Assembly (NCBI GenBank): GCA_964016885.1
Contig: OZ024743.1
Location: 269,824,001-269,888,000 of the forward strand
Direction: 5' to 3'
Origin: Eledone cirrhosa
Taxonomy: Eukaryota
DNA: 64,000 bases
A program made the position numbers and the translations under genes. The notes under the pieces were generated by a model that was not told the origin of the DNA, ran no database searches, and saw only the letters and a program-made list of their open reading frames with translations. Positions within the stretch are counted from its first letter, which is position 1. Every line of letters starts with the position of its first letter. Of the stretch, positions 25,301 through 37,236 are shown in pieces.

Positions 25301-28300
25301 TGATGTTAGTGGTGTTGGTGGTAGTGTTTGACGTGGTGTTGATGTTAGTGGTCTTGGTAGTAGTGTTTGAGGTGGTGTTGATGTTAGTGGTGTTGGTAGT
25401 AGTGTTTGAGGTGGTGTTGATGTTAGTGGTGTTGGTAGTAGTTTTTGAGGTGGTGTTGATGTTAGTGGTGTTGGTAGTAGTGTTTGACGTGGTGTTGATG
25501 TTAGTGGTGTTGGTAGTAGTGTTTGAGGTGGTGTTGATGTTAGCGGTGTTGGTAGTAGTGTTTGAGGTGGTGTTGACGTTGGAGGTGTTGGTAGTAGTGT
25601 TTGAGGTGGTGTTGATGTTAGTGGTGTTGGTAGTAGTGTTTGAGGTGGTGTTGATGTTAGTGGTGTTGGTAGTAGTGTTTGAGGTGGTGTTGATGTTAGT
25701 GGTATTGGTAGTAGTGTTTGAGGTGGTGTTGACGTTAGTGGTGTTGGTAGTAGTGTTTGAGGTGGTGTTGATGTTAGTAGTGTTGGTAGTAGTGTTTGAG
25801 GTGGTGTTGGTGTTAGTGGTGTTGGTAGTAGTGTTTGAGATGGTGTTGATGTTAGTAGTGTTGGTAGTAGTGTTTGAGGTGGTGTTGATGTTAGTGGTGT
25901 TGGTAGCAGTGTTTGAGGTGGTGTTGATGTTAGTGGTGTTGGTAGTAGTGTTTGAGGTGGTGTTGATGTTAGTGGTGTTGATAGTAGTGTTTGAGGTGGT
26001 GTTGATGTTAGTGGTGTTGGTAGTATTGTTTGAGGTGGTGTTGGTGTTTGTGGTGTTGGTAGTAGTGTTTGAGGTGGTGTTGATGTTAGTGGTGTTGGTA
26101 GTAGTGTTTGAGGTGGTGTTGATGTTAGTGGTGTTGGTAGTAGTGTTTGAGGTGGTGTTGATGTTAGTGGTGTTGGTAGTAGTGTTTGAGGTGGTGTTGA
26201 TGTTAGTGGTGTTGGTAGTAGTGTTTGAGGTGGTGTTGATGTTAGTGGTGTTGGTAGTAGTGTTTTGAGGTGGTGTTGATGTTAGTGGTGTTGGTAGTAG
26301 TGTTTGAGGTGGTGTTGATGTTAGTGGTATTGGTAGTAGTGTTTGAGGTGGTGTTGATGTTAGTGGTGTTGGTAGTAGTGTTTGAGGTGGTGTTGATGTT
26401 AGTGGTGTTGGTAGTAGTGTTTGAGGTGGTGTTGATGTTAGTGGTGTTGGTAGTAGTGTTTGAGGTGGTGTTGATGTTAGTGGTGTTTGTAGTAGTGTTT
26501 GAGGTGGTGTTGATGTTAGTGGTGTTGGTAGTAGTGTTTGAGGTGGTGTTGATGTTAGTGGTGTTGGTAGTAGTGTTTGAGGTGGTGTTGATGTTAGTGG
26601 TGTTGGTAGTAGTGTTTGAGGTGGTGTTGATGTTAGTGGTGTTGGGGGTAGTGTTTGAGGTGGTGTTGATGTTAGTGGTGTTGGTAGTAGTGTTTGAGGT
26701 GGTGTTGATGTTAGTGGTGTTGGGGGTAGTGTTTGAGGTGGTGTTGATGTTAGTGGTGTTGGTAGTAGTGTTTGAGGTGGTGTTGATGTTAGCAGTGTTG
26801 GTAGTAGTGTTTGAGGTGCTGTTGATGTTAGTGGTGTTGGTAGTAGTGTTTGAGGTGGTGTTGATGTTAGTGGTGTTGGTAGTAGTGTTTGAGGTGGTGT
26901 TGATGTTAGTGGTGTTGGGGGTAGTGTTTGAAGAGGTGTTGATGTTAGTGGTGTTGGTAGTAGTGTTTGAGGTGGTGTTTATGTTAGTGGTATTGGTAGT
27001 AGTGTTTGAGGTGGTGTTGATGTTAGTGGTGTTGGTGGTAGTGTTTGAGGTGGTGTTGATGTTAGTGGTGTTGGTAGTAGTGTTTGAGGTGGTGTTGATG
27101 ATAGAGGTGTTGGTAGTAGTGTTTGAGGTGGTGTTGATGTTAGAGGTGTTGGTAGTAGTGTTTGGGGTGGTGTTGATGTTAGTGGTGTTGGTAGTAGTGT
27201 TTGAGGTGGTGTTGATGTTATTGGTGATGGTAGTAGTGTTTGAGGTGGTGTTGATGTTAGAGGTGTTGGTAGTAGTGTTTGAGGTGGTGTTGATGTTAGT
27301 GGTGTTGGTAGTAGTGTTTGAGGTGGTGTTGACATTAGTGGTGTTGGTAGTAGTGTTTGAGGTGGTGTTGATGTTAGTGGTGTTGGTAGTAGTGTTTGAG
27401 GTGGTGTTGATGTTAGTGGTGTTGGTAGTAGTGTTTGAGGTGGCGTTGATGTTAGTGGTATTGATAGTAGTGTTTGAGGTGGTGTTGGTGTTAGTAGTGT
27501 TGGTAGTAGTGTTTGAGGTGGTGTTGATGTTAGTGGTGTTGGTAGTAGTGTTTGAGGTGGTGTTGATGTTAGTGGTGTTGGTAGTAGTGTTTGAGGTGGT
27601 GTTGGTGTTTGTGGTGTTGGTAGTAGTGTTTGAGGTGGTGTTGATGTTAGTGGTGTTGGTAGTAGTGTTTGAGGTGGTGTTGATGTTAGTGGTGTTGGTA
27701 GTAGTGTTTGAGGTGGTGTTGATGTTAGTGGTGTTGGTAGTAGTGTTTGAGGTGGTGTTGATGTTAGTGGTGTTGGTAGTAGTGTTTGAGGTGGTGTTGA
27801 TGTTAGTGGTGTTGGTAGTAGTGTTTGAGGTGGTGTTGGTGTTAGTGGTGTTGGTAGTAGTGTTTGAGGTGGTGTTGATGTTAGTGGTGTTGGTAGTAGT
27901 GTTTGAGGCGGTGTTGGGGGTAGTGTTTGAGGTGGTGTTGATGTTAGTGGTGTTGGTAGTAGTGTTTGAGGTGGTGTTGATGTTAGTGGTGTTGGTAGTA
28001 GTGTTCGAGGTGGTGTTGATGTTAGTGGTGTTGGTAGTAGTGTTTGAGGTGGTGTTGGTGTTAGTGGTGTTGGTAGTAGTGTTTGAGGTGGTGTTAATGT
28101 TAGTGGTGTTGGTAGTAGTGTTTGCAGTGGTGTTGATGTTAGTGGTGTTGGTAGTAGTGTTTGAGGTGGTGTTGATGTTAGTGGTGTTGGTAGTAGTGTT
28201 TGAGGTGGTGTTGATGTTAGTGGTGTTGGGGGTAGTGTTTGAGGTGGTGTTGATGTTAGTGGTGTTGGTAGTAGTTTTTGAGGTGGTGTTGATGTTAGTG

Positions 28301-29600
28301 GTGTTGGTAGTAGTGTTTGACGTGGTGTTGATGTTAGTGGTGTTGGTAGTAGTGTTTGAGGTGGTGTTGATGTTAGCGGTGTTGGTAGTAGTGTTTGACA
28401 TGGTGTTGATGTTAGTGGTGTTGGTAGTAGTGTTTGAGGTGGTGTTGATGTTAGCGGTGTTGGTAGTAGTGTTTGAGGTGGTGTTGATGTTAGTGGTGTT
28501 GGTAGTAGTGTTGGGGGTGGTGTTGATGTTAGTGGTGTTGGTAGTAGTGTTTGAGGTGGTGTTGATGTTAGTGGTGTTGGTAGTAGTGTTTGAGGTGGTG
28601 TTGATGTTAGTGGTGTTGGTAGTAGTGTTTGAGGTGGTGTTGATGTTAGTGGTGTTGGTAGTAGTGTTTGACGTGGTGTTGATGTTAGTGGTCTTGGTAG
28701 TAGTGTTTGAGGTGGTGTTGATGTTGGTGGTGTTGGTAGTAGTGTTTGAGGTGGTGTTGATGTTAGTGGTGTTGGTAGTAGTGTTTGAGGTGGTGTTGAT
28801 GTTAGTGGTGTTGGTAGTAGTGTTTGAGGTGGTGTTGATGTTAGCGGTGTTGGTAGTAGTGTTTGAGGTGGTGTTGACGTTGGAGGTGTTGGTAGTAGTG
28901 TTTGAGGTGGTGTTGATGTTAGTGGTGTTGGTAGTAGTGTTTGAGGTGGTGTTGATGTTAGTGGTGTTGGTAGTAGTGTTTGAGGTGGTGTTGATGTTAG
29001 TGGTATTGGTAGTAGTGTTTGAGGTGGTGTTGACGTTAGTGGTGTTGGTAGTAGTGTTTGAGGTGGTGTTGATGTTAGTAGTGTTGGTTGTAGTGTTTGA
29101 GGTGGTGTTGGTGTTAGTGGTGTTGGTAGTAGTGTTTGAGATGGTGTTGATGTTAGTAGTGTTGGTAGTAGTGTTTGAGGTGGTGTTGATGTTAGTGGTG
29201 TTGGTAGCAGTGTTTGAGGTGGTGTTGATGTTAGTGGTGTTGGTAGTAGTGTTTGAGGTGGTGTTGATGTTAGTGGTGTTGGTAGTAGTGTTTGAGGTGG
29301 TGTTGATGTTAGTGGTGTTGGTAGTATTGTTTGAGGTGGTGTTGGTGTTTGTGGTGTTGGTAGTAGTGTTTGAGGTGGTGTTGATGTTAGTGGTGTTGGT
29401 AGTAGTGTTTGAGGTGGTGTTGATGTTAGTGGTGTTGGTAGTAGTGTTTGAGGTGGTGTTGATGTTAGTGGTGTTGGTAGTAGTGTTTGAGGTGGTGTTG
29501 ATGTTAGTGGTGTTGGTAGTAGTGTTTGAGGTGGTGTTGATGTTAGTGGTGTTGGTAGTAGTGTTTGAGGTGGTGTTGGTGTTAGTGGTGTTGGTAGTAG
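1400..29600. repeat. Array domain A: irregular higher-order repeat of roughly 3-3.8 kb
   Basis: An ordered series of variants (GCAGTG, GTGCTG, GAAGAG, GTTTATG, ATGATAGAG, TTATTGGTGATG) recurs. ATGATAGAG is at 1997, 3635, 6975, 9885, 13692, 19888, 23734 and 27098. Boundaries are approximate. Confidence 0.9.
7935..26500. repeat. About 10-kb tandem duplication inside domain A (about 7.9-16.7 kb versus about 17.1-26.5 kb)
   Basis: The 1-bp deletion ATGTAGTG occurs at about 10940 and 20943. Near-identical 642-aa ORFs lie at 9766..11694 and 19769..21697 (offset 10003). +T insertions pair up at 12860/22902 and 16473/26266. Edges are approximate. Confidence 0.85.
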
Positions 29601-32429
29601 TGTTTGAGGTGGTGTTGATGTTAGTGGTGTTGGTAGTAGTGTTTGAGGTGGTGTTGGGGGTAGTGTTTGAGGTGGTGTTGATGTTAGTGGTGTTGGTAGT
29701 AGTGTTTGAGGTGGTGTTGATGTTAGTGGTGTTGGTAGTAGTGTTTGAGGTGGTGTTGATGTTAGTGGTGTTAGTAGTAGTGTTTGAGGTGGTGTTGATG
29801 TTAGTGGTGTTGGTAGTAGTTTTTGAGGTGGTGTTGATGTTAGTGGTGTTGGTAGTAGTGTTTGACGTGGTGTTGATGTTAGTGGTGTTGGTAGTAGTGT
29901 TTGAGGTGGTGTTGATGTTAGTGGTGTTGGTAGTAGTGTTTGAGGTGGTGTTGATGTTAGTGGGGTTGGGGGTAGTGTTTGAAGTAGTGTTGATGTTAGT
30001 GGTGTTGGTAGTAGTGTTTGAGGCGGTGTTGGCGGTAGTGTTTGAGGTGGTGTTGATGTTAGTGGTGTTGGTAGTAGTGTTTGAGATGGTGTTGATGTTA
30101 GTGGTGTTGGTAGTAGTGTTTGAGGTGGTGTTGGTGTTAGTGGTGTTGGTAGTAGTGTTCGAGGTGGTGTTGATGTTAGTGGTGTTGGTAGTAGTGTTCG
30201 AGGTGGTGTTGATGTTAGTGGTGTTGGTAGTAGTGTTTGAGGTGGTGTTAGTAGTAGTGTTTGAGGTGGTGTTGATGTTAGTGGTGTTGGGGGTAGTGTT
30301 CGAGGTGGTGTTGATGTTAGTGGTGTTGGTAGTAGTGTTTGAGGTGGTGTTGATGTTAGTGGTGTTGGTAGTAGTGTTCGAGGTGGTGTTGATGTTAGTG
30401 GTGTTGGTAGTAGTGTTTGAGGTGGTGTTGATGTTAGTGGTGTTGGTAGTAGTGTTTGAGGTGGTGTTGATGTTAGTGGTGTTGGTAGTAGTGTTTGAGG
30501 TGGTGTTGACGCTGGAGGTGTTGGTAGTAGTGTTTGAGGTGGTGTTGATGTTAGTGGTGTTGGTAGTAGTGTTTGAGGTGGTGTTGATGTTAGTGGTGTT
30601 GGTAGTAGTGTTTGACGTGGTGTTGATGTTAGTGGTGTTGGTAGTAGTGTTTGAGGTGGTGTTGATGTTAGCGGTGTTGGTAGTAGTGTTTGACGTGGTG
30701 TTGATGTTAGTGGTGTTGGTAGTAGTGTTTGAGGTGGTGTTGACGCTGGAGGTGTTGGTAGTAGTGTTTGAGGTGGTGTTGATGTTAGTAGTGTTGGTAG
30801 TAGTGTTTGAGGTGGTGTTGATGTTAGTGGTGTTGGTAGCAGTGTTTGAGGTGGTGTTGATGTTAGTGGTGTTGGTAGTAGTGTTTGAGGCGGTGTTGAT
30901 GTTAGTGGTGTTGGTAGTAGTGTTCGAGGTGGTGTTGATGTTAGTGGTGTTGGTAGTAGTGTTTGAGGTGGTGTTGGTGTTAGTGGTGTTGGCAGTAGTG
31001 TTTGAGGTGGTGTTGATGTTAGTGGTGTTGGTAGTAGTGTTTGAGGTTGTGTTGATGTTAGTGCTGTTGGTAGTAGTGTTTGAGGAGGTGTTGATGTTAG
31101 TGGTGTTGGTAGTAGTGTTTGAGGTGGTGTTGGTGTTAGTGGTGTTGGTAGTAGTGTTTGAGGTGGTGTTGGTGTTAGTGGTGTTGGTAGTAGTGTTTGA
31201 GGTGGTGTTGGTGTTAGTGGTGTTGGTAGTAGTGTTTGAGGTGGTGTTGATGTTAGTGGTGTTGGTAGTAATGTTTGAGGTGGTGTTGATGTTAGTGGTG
31301 TTGGTAGTAGTGTTTAACGTGGTGTTGATGTTAGTGGTGTTGGGGGTAGTGTTTGAGGTGGTGTTGATGTTAGTGGTGTTGGTAGTAGTGTTTGAGGTGG
31401 TGTTGGTGTTAGTGCTGTTGGTAGTAGTGTTTGAGGTGGTGTTGATTTTAGTGGTGTTGGTAGTAGTGTTTGAGGTGGTGTTGATGTTAGTGGTGTTGGT
31501 AGTAGTGTTTAACGTGGTGTTGATGTTAGTGGTGTTGGGGGTAGTGTTTGAGGTGGTGTTGATGTTAGTGGTGTTGGTAGTAGTGTTTGAGGTGGTGTTG
31601 GTAGTAGTGTTTGAGGTGGTGTTGATTTTAGTGGTGTTGGTAGTAGTGTTTGAGGTGGTGTTGATGTTAGTGGTGTTGGTAGTAGTGTTTAACGTGGTGT
31701 TGATGTTAGTGGTGTTGGGGGTAGTGTTTGAGGTGGTGTTGATGTTAGTGGTGTTGGTAGTAGTGTTTGAGGTGGTGTTGGTGTTAGTGGTGTTGGTAGT
31801 AGTGTTTGAGGTGGTGTTGATGTTAGTGGTGTTGGTAGTAGTGTATGAGGTGGTGTTGATGTTAGTGGTGTTGGTAGTAGTGTTGAAGGTGGTGTTGATG
31901 TTAGTGGTGTTGGTAGTAGTATTTGAGGTGGTGTTGATGTTAGTGGTGTTGGTAGTAGTGTTTGAGGTGGTGTTGATGTTAGTGGTGTTGGTAGTAGTGT
32001 TGGAGGTGGTGTTGATGTTAGTGGTGTTGGTAGTAGTGTTTGAGGTGGTGTTGATGTTAGTGGTGTTGGTAGTAGTGTTTGAGGTGGTGTTGATCTTAGT
32101 GGTGATGGTAGTAGTGTTTGAGGTGGTGTTGATGTTAGAGGTGTTGGTAGTAGTGTTTGAGGTGGTGTTGATGTTAGTGGGGTTGGGGGTAGTGTTTGAA
32201 GTGGTGTTGATGTTAGTGGTGTTGGTAGTAGTGTTTGAGGTGGTGTTGATCTTAGTGGTGTTGGTAGTAGTGTTTGAGGTGGTGTTGATGTTAGCGGTGT
32301 TGGTAGTAGTGTTTGGGGTGGTGTTGATGTTAGTGGTGTTGGTAGTAGTGTTTGGGGTGGTGTTGATGTTAGTGGTGTTGGTAGTAGTGTTTGGGGTGGT
32401 GTTGGTGTTAGTGGTGTTGGTAGTAGTGT

Positions 32430-35400
32430 TTGAGGTGTTGTTGATGTTAGTGGTGTTGGTAGTAGTGTTTGAGGTGGTGTTGATGTTAGTGGTGTTGGTA
32501 GTAGTGTTTGAGGTGGTGTTGATGTTAGTTGTGTTGGTAGTAGTGTTTGAGGTGGTGTTAGTGTTAGTGGTGTTGGTAGTAGTGTTTGAGGTGGTGTTGG
32601 TGTTAGTGGTGTTGGTAGTAGTGTTTGAGCTGGTGTTGATGTTACTGGTGTTGGGAGTAGTGTTTGAGTTGGTGTTGATGTTAGTGGTGTTAGGGTAGTG
32701 TTTGAGGTGGTGTTGATGTTAGTGGTGTTGGTAGTAGTTTTTGAGGTGGTGTTGATGTTAGTGGTGTTGGTAGTAGTGTTTGACGTGGTGTTGATGTTAG
32801 TGGTGTTGGTAGTAGTGTTTGAGGAGGTGTTGATGTTAGTGGTGTTGGTAGTAGTGTTTGAGGTGGTGTTGATGTTAGTTGTGTTGGTAGTAGTGTTTGA
32901 GGTGGTGTTGGTGTTAGTGGTGTTGGTAGTAGTGTTTGAGGTGGTGTTGGTGTTAGTGGTGTTGGTAGTAGTGTTTGAGGAGGTGTTGATGTTAGTGGTG
33001 TTTGAGGTGGTGTTGATGTTAGTGGTGTTGGTAGTAGTGTTTGAGGTGGTGTTGATGTTAGTTGTGTTGGTAGTAGTGTTTGAGGTGGTGTTGGTGTTAG
33101 TGGTGTTGGTAGTAGTGTTTGAGGTGGTGTTGGTGTTAGTGGTGTTGGTAGTAGTGTTTGAGGTGGTGTTGATGTTACTGGTGTTGGGAGTAGTGTTTGA
33201 GTTGGTGTTGATGTTAGTGGTGTTGGGGTAGTGTTTGAGGTGGTGTTGATGTTAGTGGTGTTGGTAGTAGTTTTTGAGGTGGTGTTGATGTTAGTGGTGT
33301 TGGTAGTAGTGTTTGACGTGGTGTTGATGTTAGTGGTGTTGGTAGTAGTGTTTGAGGAGGTGTTGATGTTAGTGGTGTTGGTAGTAGTGTTTGAGGTGGT
33401 GTTGATGTTAGTTGTGTTGGTAGTAGTGTTTGAGGTGGTGTTGGTGTTAGTGGTGTTGGTAGTAGTGTTTGAGGAGGTGTTGATGTTAGTGGTGTTGGTA
33501 GTAGTTTTTGAGGAGGTGTTGATGTTAGTGGTGTTGGGGGTAGTGTTTGAGGTGGTGTTGATGTTAGTGGTGTTGGTAGTAGTTTTTGAGGTGGTGTTGA
33601 TGTTAGTGGTGTTGGTAGTAGTGTTTGACGTGGTGTTGATGTTAGTGGTGTTGGTAGTAGTGTTTGAGGTGGTGTTGATGTTAGCGGTGTTGGTAGTAGT
33701 GTTTGACGTGGTGTTGATGTTAGTGGTGTTGGTAGTAGTGTTTGAGGTGGTGTTGATGTTAGCGGTGTTGGTAGTAGTGTTTGAGGTGGTGTTGATGTTA
33801 GTGGTGTTGGTAGTAGTGTTGGAGGTGGTGTTGATGTTAGTGGTGTTGGTAGTAGTGTTTGAGGTGGTGTTGATGTTAGTGGTGTTGGTAGTAGTGTTTG
33901 AGGTGGTGTTGATGTTAGTGGTGTTGGTAGTAGTGTTTGAGGTGGTGTTGATGTTAGTGGTGTTGGTAGTAGTGTTTGAGGTGGTGTTGATGTTAGTGGG
34001 GTTGGGGGTAGTGTTTGAAGTGGTGTTGATGTTAGTGGTGTTGGTAGTAGTGTTTGAGGTGGTGTTGATGTTAGTGGTATTGGTAGTAGTGTTTGAGGTG
34101 GTGTTGGTCTGAGTGGTGTTGGTAGTAGTGTTTGAGGAGGTGTTGATGTTAGTGGTGTTGGTAGTAGTGTTTGAGGTGGTTTTGATGTTAGTGGTGTTGG
34201 TAGTAGTGTTTGAGGAGGTGTTGATGTTAGTGGTGTTGGTAGTAGTGTTTGAGGTGGTGTTGGTGTTAGTGGTGTTGGTAGTAGTGTTTGAGGTGGTGTT
34301 GGTGTTAGTGGTGTTGGTAGTAGTGTTTGAGGTGGTGTTGGTGTTAGTGGTGTTGGTAGTAGTGTTTGAGGTGGTGTTGATTTTAGTGGTGTTGGTAGTA
34401 GTGTTGGAGGTGGTGTTGATGTTAGTGGTGTTGGTAGTAGTGTTTGAGGTGGTGTTGATGTTAGTGGTGTTGGTAGTAGTGTTTGAGGTGGTTTTGATGT
34501 TAGTGGTGTTGGTAGTAGTGTTTGAGGAGGTGTTGGTGTTAGTGGTGTTGGTAGTAGTGTTTGAGGTGTTGTTGATGTTAGTGGTGTTGGTAGTAGTGTT
34601 TGAGGTGGTGTTGATGTTAGTGGTGTTGGTAGTAGTGTTTGAGGTGGTGTTGATGTTAGTTGTGTTGGTAGTAGTGTTTGAGGTGGTGTTAGTGTTAGTG
34701 GTGTTGGTAGTAGTGTTTGAGGTGGTGTTGGTGTTAGTGGTGTTGGTAGTAGTGTTTGAGCTGGTGTTGATGTTACTGGTGTTGGGAGTAGTGTTTGAGT
34801 TGGTGTTGATGTTAGTGGTGTTAGGGTAGTGTTTGAGGTGGTGTTGATGTTAGTGGTGTTGGTAGTAGTTTTTGAGGTGGTGTTGATGTTAGTGGTGTTG
34901 GTAGTAGTGTTTGACGTGGTGTTGATGTTAGTGGTGTTGGTAGTAGTGTTTGAGGAGGTGTTGATGTTAGTGGTGTTGGTAGTAGTGTTTGAGGTGGTGT
35001 TGATGTTAGTTGTGTTGGTAGTAGTGTTTGAGGTGGTGTTGGTGTTAGTGGTGTTGGTAGTAGTGTTTGAGGTGGTGTTGGTGTTAGTGGTGTTGGTAGT
35101 AGTGTTTGAGGAGGTGTTGATGTTAGTGGTGTTTGAGGTGGTGTTGATGTTAGTGGTGTTGGTAGTAGTGTTTGAGGTGGTGTTGATGTTAGTTGTGTTG
35201 GTAGTAGTGTTTGAGGTGGTGTTGGTGTTAGTGGTGTTGGTAGTAGTGTTTGAGGTGGTGTTGGTGTTAGTGGTGTTGGTAGTAGTGTTTGAGGTGGTGT
35301 TGATGTTACTGGTGTTGGGAGTAGTGTTTGAGTTGGTGTTGATGTTAGTGGTGTTGGGGTAGTGTTTGAGGTGGTGTTGATGTTAGTGGTGTTGGTAGTA

Positions 35401-36600
35401 GTTTTTGAGGTGGTGTTGATGTTAGTGGTGTTGGTAGTAGTGTTTGACGTGGTGTTGATGTTAGTGGTGTTGGTAGTAGTGTTTGAGGAGGTGTTGATGT
35501 TAGTGGTGTTGGTAGTAGTGTTTGAGGTGGTGTTGATGTTAGTTGTGTTGGTAGTAGTGTTTGAGGTGGTGTTGGTGTTAGTGGTGTTGGTAGTAGTGTT
35601 TGAGGAGGTGTTGATGTTAGTGGTGTTGGTAGTAGTTTTTGAGGAGGTGTTGATGTTAGTGGTGTTGGGGGTAGTGTTTGAGGTGGTGTTGATGTTAGTG
35701 GTGTTGGTAGTAGTTTTTGAGGTGGTGTTGATGTTAGTGGTGTTGGTAGTAGTGTTTGACGTGGTGTTGATGTTAGTGGTGTTGGTAGTAGTGTTTGAGG
35801 TGGTGTTGATGTTAGCGGTGTTGGTAGTAGTGTTTGACGTGGTGTTGATGTTAGTGGTGTTGGTAGTAGTGTTTGAGGTGGTGTTGATGTTAGCGGTGTT
35901 GGTAGTAGTGTTTGAGGTGGTGTTGATGTTAGTGGTGTTGGTAGTAGTGTTGGAGGTGGTGTTGATGTTAGTGGTGTTGGTAGTAGTGTTTGAGGTGGTG
36001 TTGATGTTAGTGGTGTTGGTAGTAGTGTTTGAGGTGGTGTTGATGTTAGTGGTGTTGGTAGTAGTGTTTGAGGTGGTGTTGATGTTAGTGGTGTTGGTAG
36101 TAGTGTTTGAGGTGGTGTTGATGTTAGTGGGGTTGGGGGTAGTGTTTGAAGTGGTGTTGATGTTAGTGGTGTTGGTAGTAGTGTTTGAGGTGGTGTTGAT
36201 GTTAGTGGTATTGGTAGTAGTGTTTGAGGTGGTGTTGGTCTGAGTGGTGTTGGTAGTAGTGTTTGAGGAGGTGTTGATGTTAGTGGTGTTGGTAGTAGTG
36301 TTTGAGGTGGTTTTGATGTTAGTGGTGTTGGTAGTAGTGTTTGAGGAGGTGTTGATGTTAGTGGTGTTGGTAGTAGTGTTTGAGGTGGTGTTGGTGTTAG
36401 TGGTGTTGGTAGTAGTGTTTGAGGTGGTGTTGGTGTTAGTGGTGTTGGTAGTAGTGTTTGAGGTGGTGTTGGTGTTAGTGGTGTTGGTAGTAGTGTTTGA
36501 GGTGGTGTTGATTTTAGTGGTGTTGGTAGTAGTGTTGGAGGTGGTGTTGATGTTAGTGGTGTTGGTAGTAGTGTTTGAGGTGGTGTTGATGTTAGTGGTG
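32430..36600. repeat. 2,131-bp tandem duplication
   Basis: Identical ORF translations at 32698..33231 / 34829..35362 and 33231..34112 / 35362..36243, all offset by 2131 bp. Outer edges are approximate. Confidence 0.9.
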
Positions 36601-37236
36601 TTGGTAGTAGTGTTTGAGGTGGTGTTGATCTTAGTGGTGATGGTAGTAGTGTTTGAGGTGGTGTTGATGTTAGAGGTGTTGGTAGTAGTGTTTGAGGTGG
36701 TGTTGATGTTAGTGGGGTTGGGGGTAGTGTTTGAAGTGGTGTTGATGTTAGTGGTGTTGGTAGTAGTGTTTGAGGTGGTGTTGATCTTAGTGGTGTTGGT
36801 AGTAGTGTTTGAGGTGGTGTTGATGTTAGCGGTGTTGGTAGTAGTGTTTGGGGTGGTGTTGATGTTAGTGGTGTTGGTAGTAGTGTTTGGGGTGGTGTTG
36901 ATGTTAGTGGTGTTGGTAGTAGTGTTTGGGGTGGTGTTGGTGTTAGTGGTGTTGGTAGTAGTGTTTGAGGTGTTGTTGATGTTAGTGGTGTTGGTAGTAG
37001 TGTTTGAGGTGGTGTTGATGTTAGTGGTGTTGGTAGTAGTGTTTGAGGTGGTGTTGATGTTAGTTGTGTTGGTAGTAGTGTTTGAGGTGTTGTTAGTGTT
37101 AGTGGTGTTGGTAGTAGTGTTTGAGGTGGTGTTGGTGTTAGTGGTGTTGGTAGTAGTGTTTGAGGTGGTGTTGATGTTAGTGGTGTTGGTAGTAGTGTTT
37201 GAGGTGGTGTTGATGTTAGTGGTGTTGGTAGTAGTG

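Noticed and set aside
3516-27335. Minus-strand (TLLPTPLTSTPPQ)n ORFs and the apparent two-domain 642-aa proteins at 9766..11694 and 19769..21697
   Set aside because: This is an alternative frame of the same repeat. Starts and stops come from sporadic SNVs, and the domain switch is simply the 1-bp deletion at about 10940/20943.
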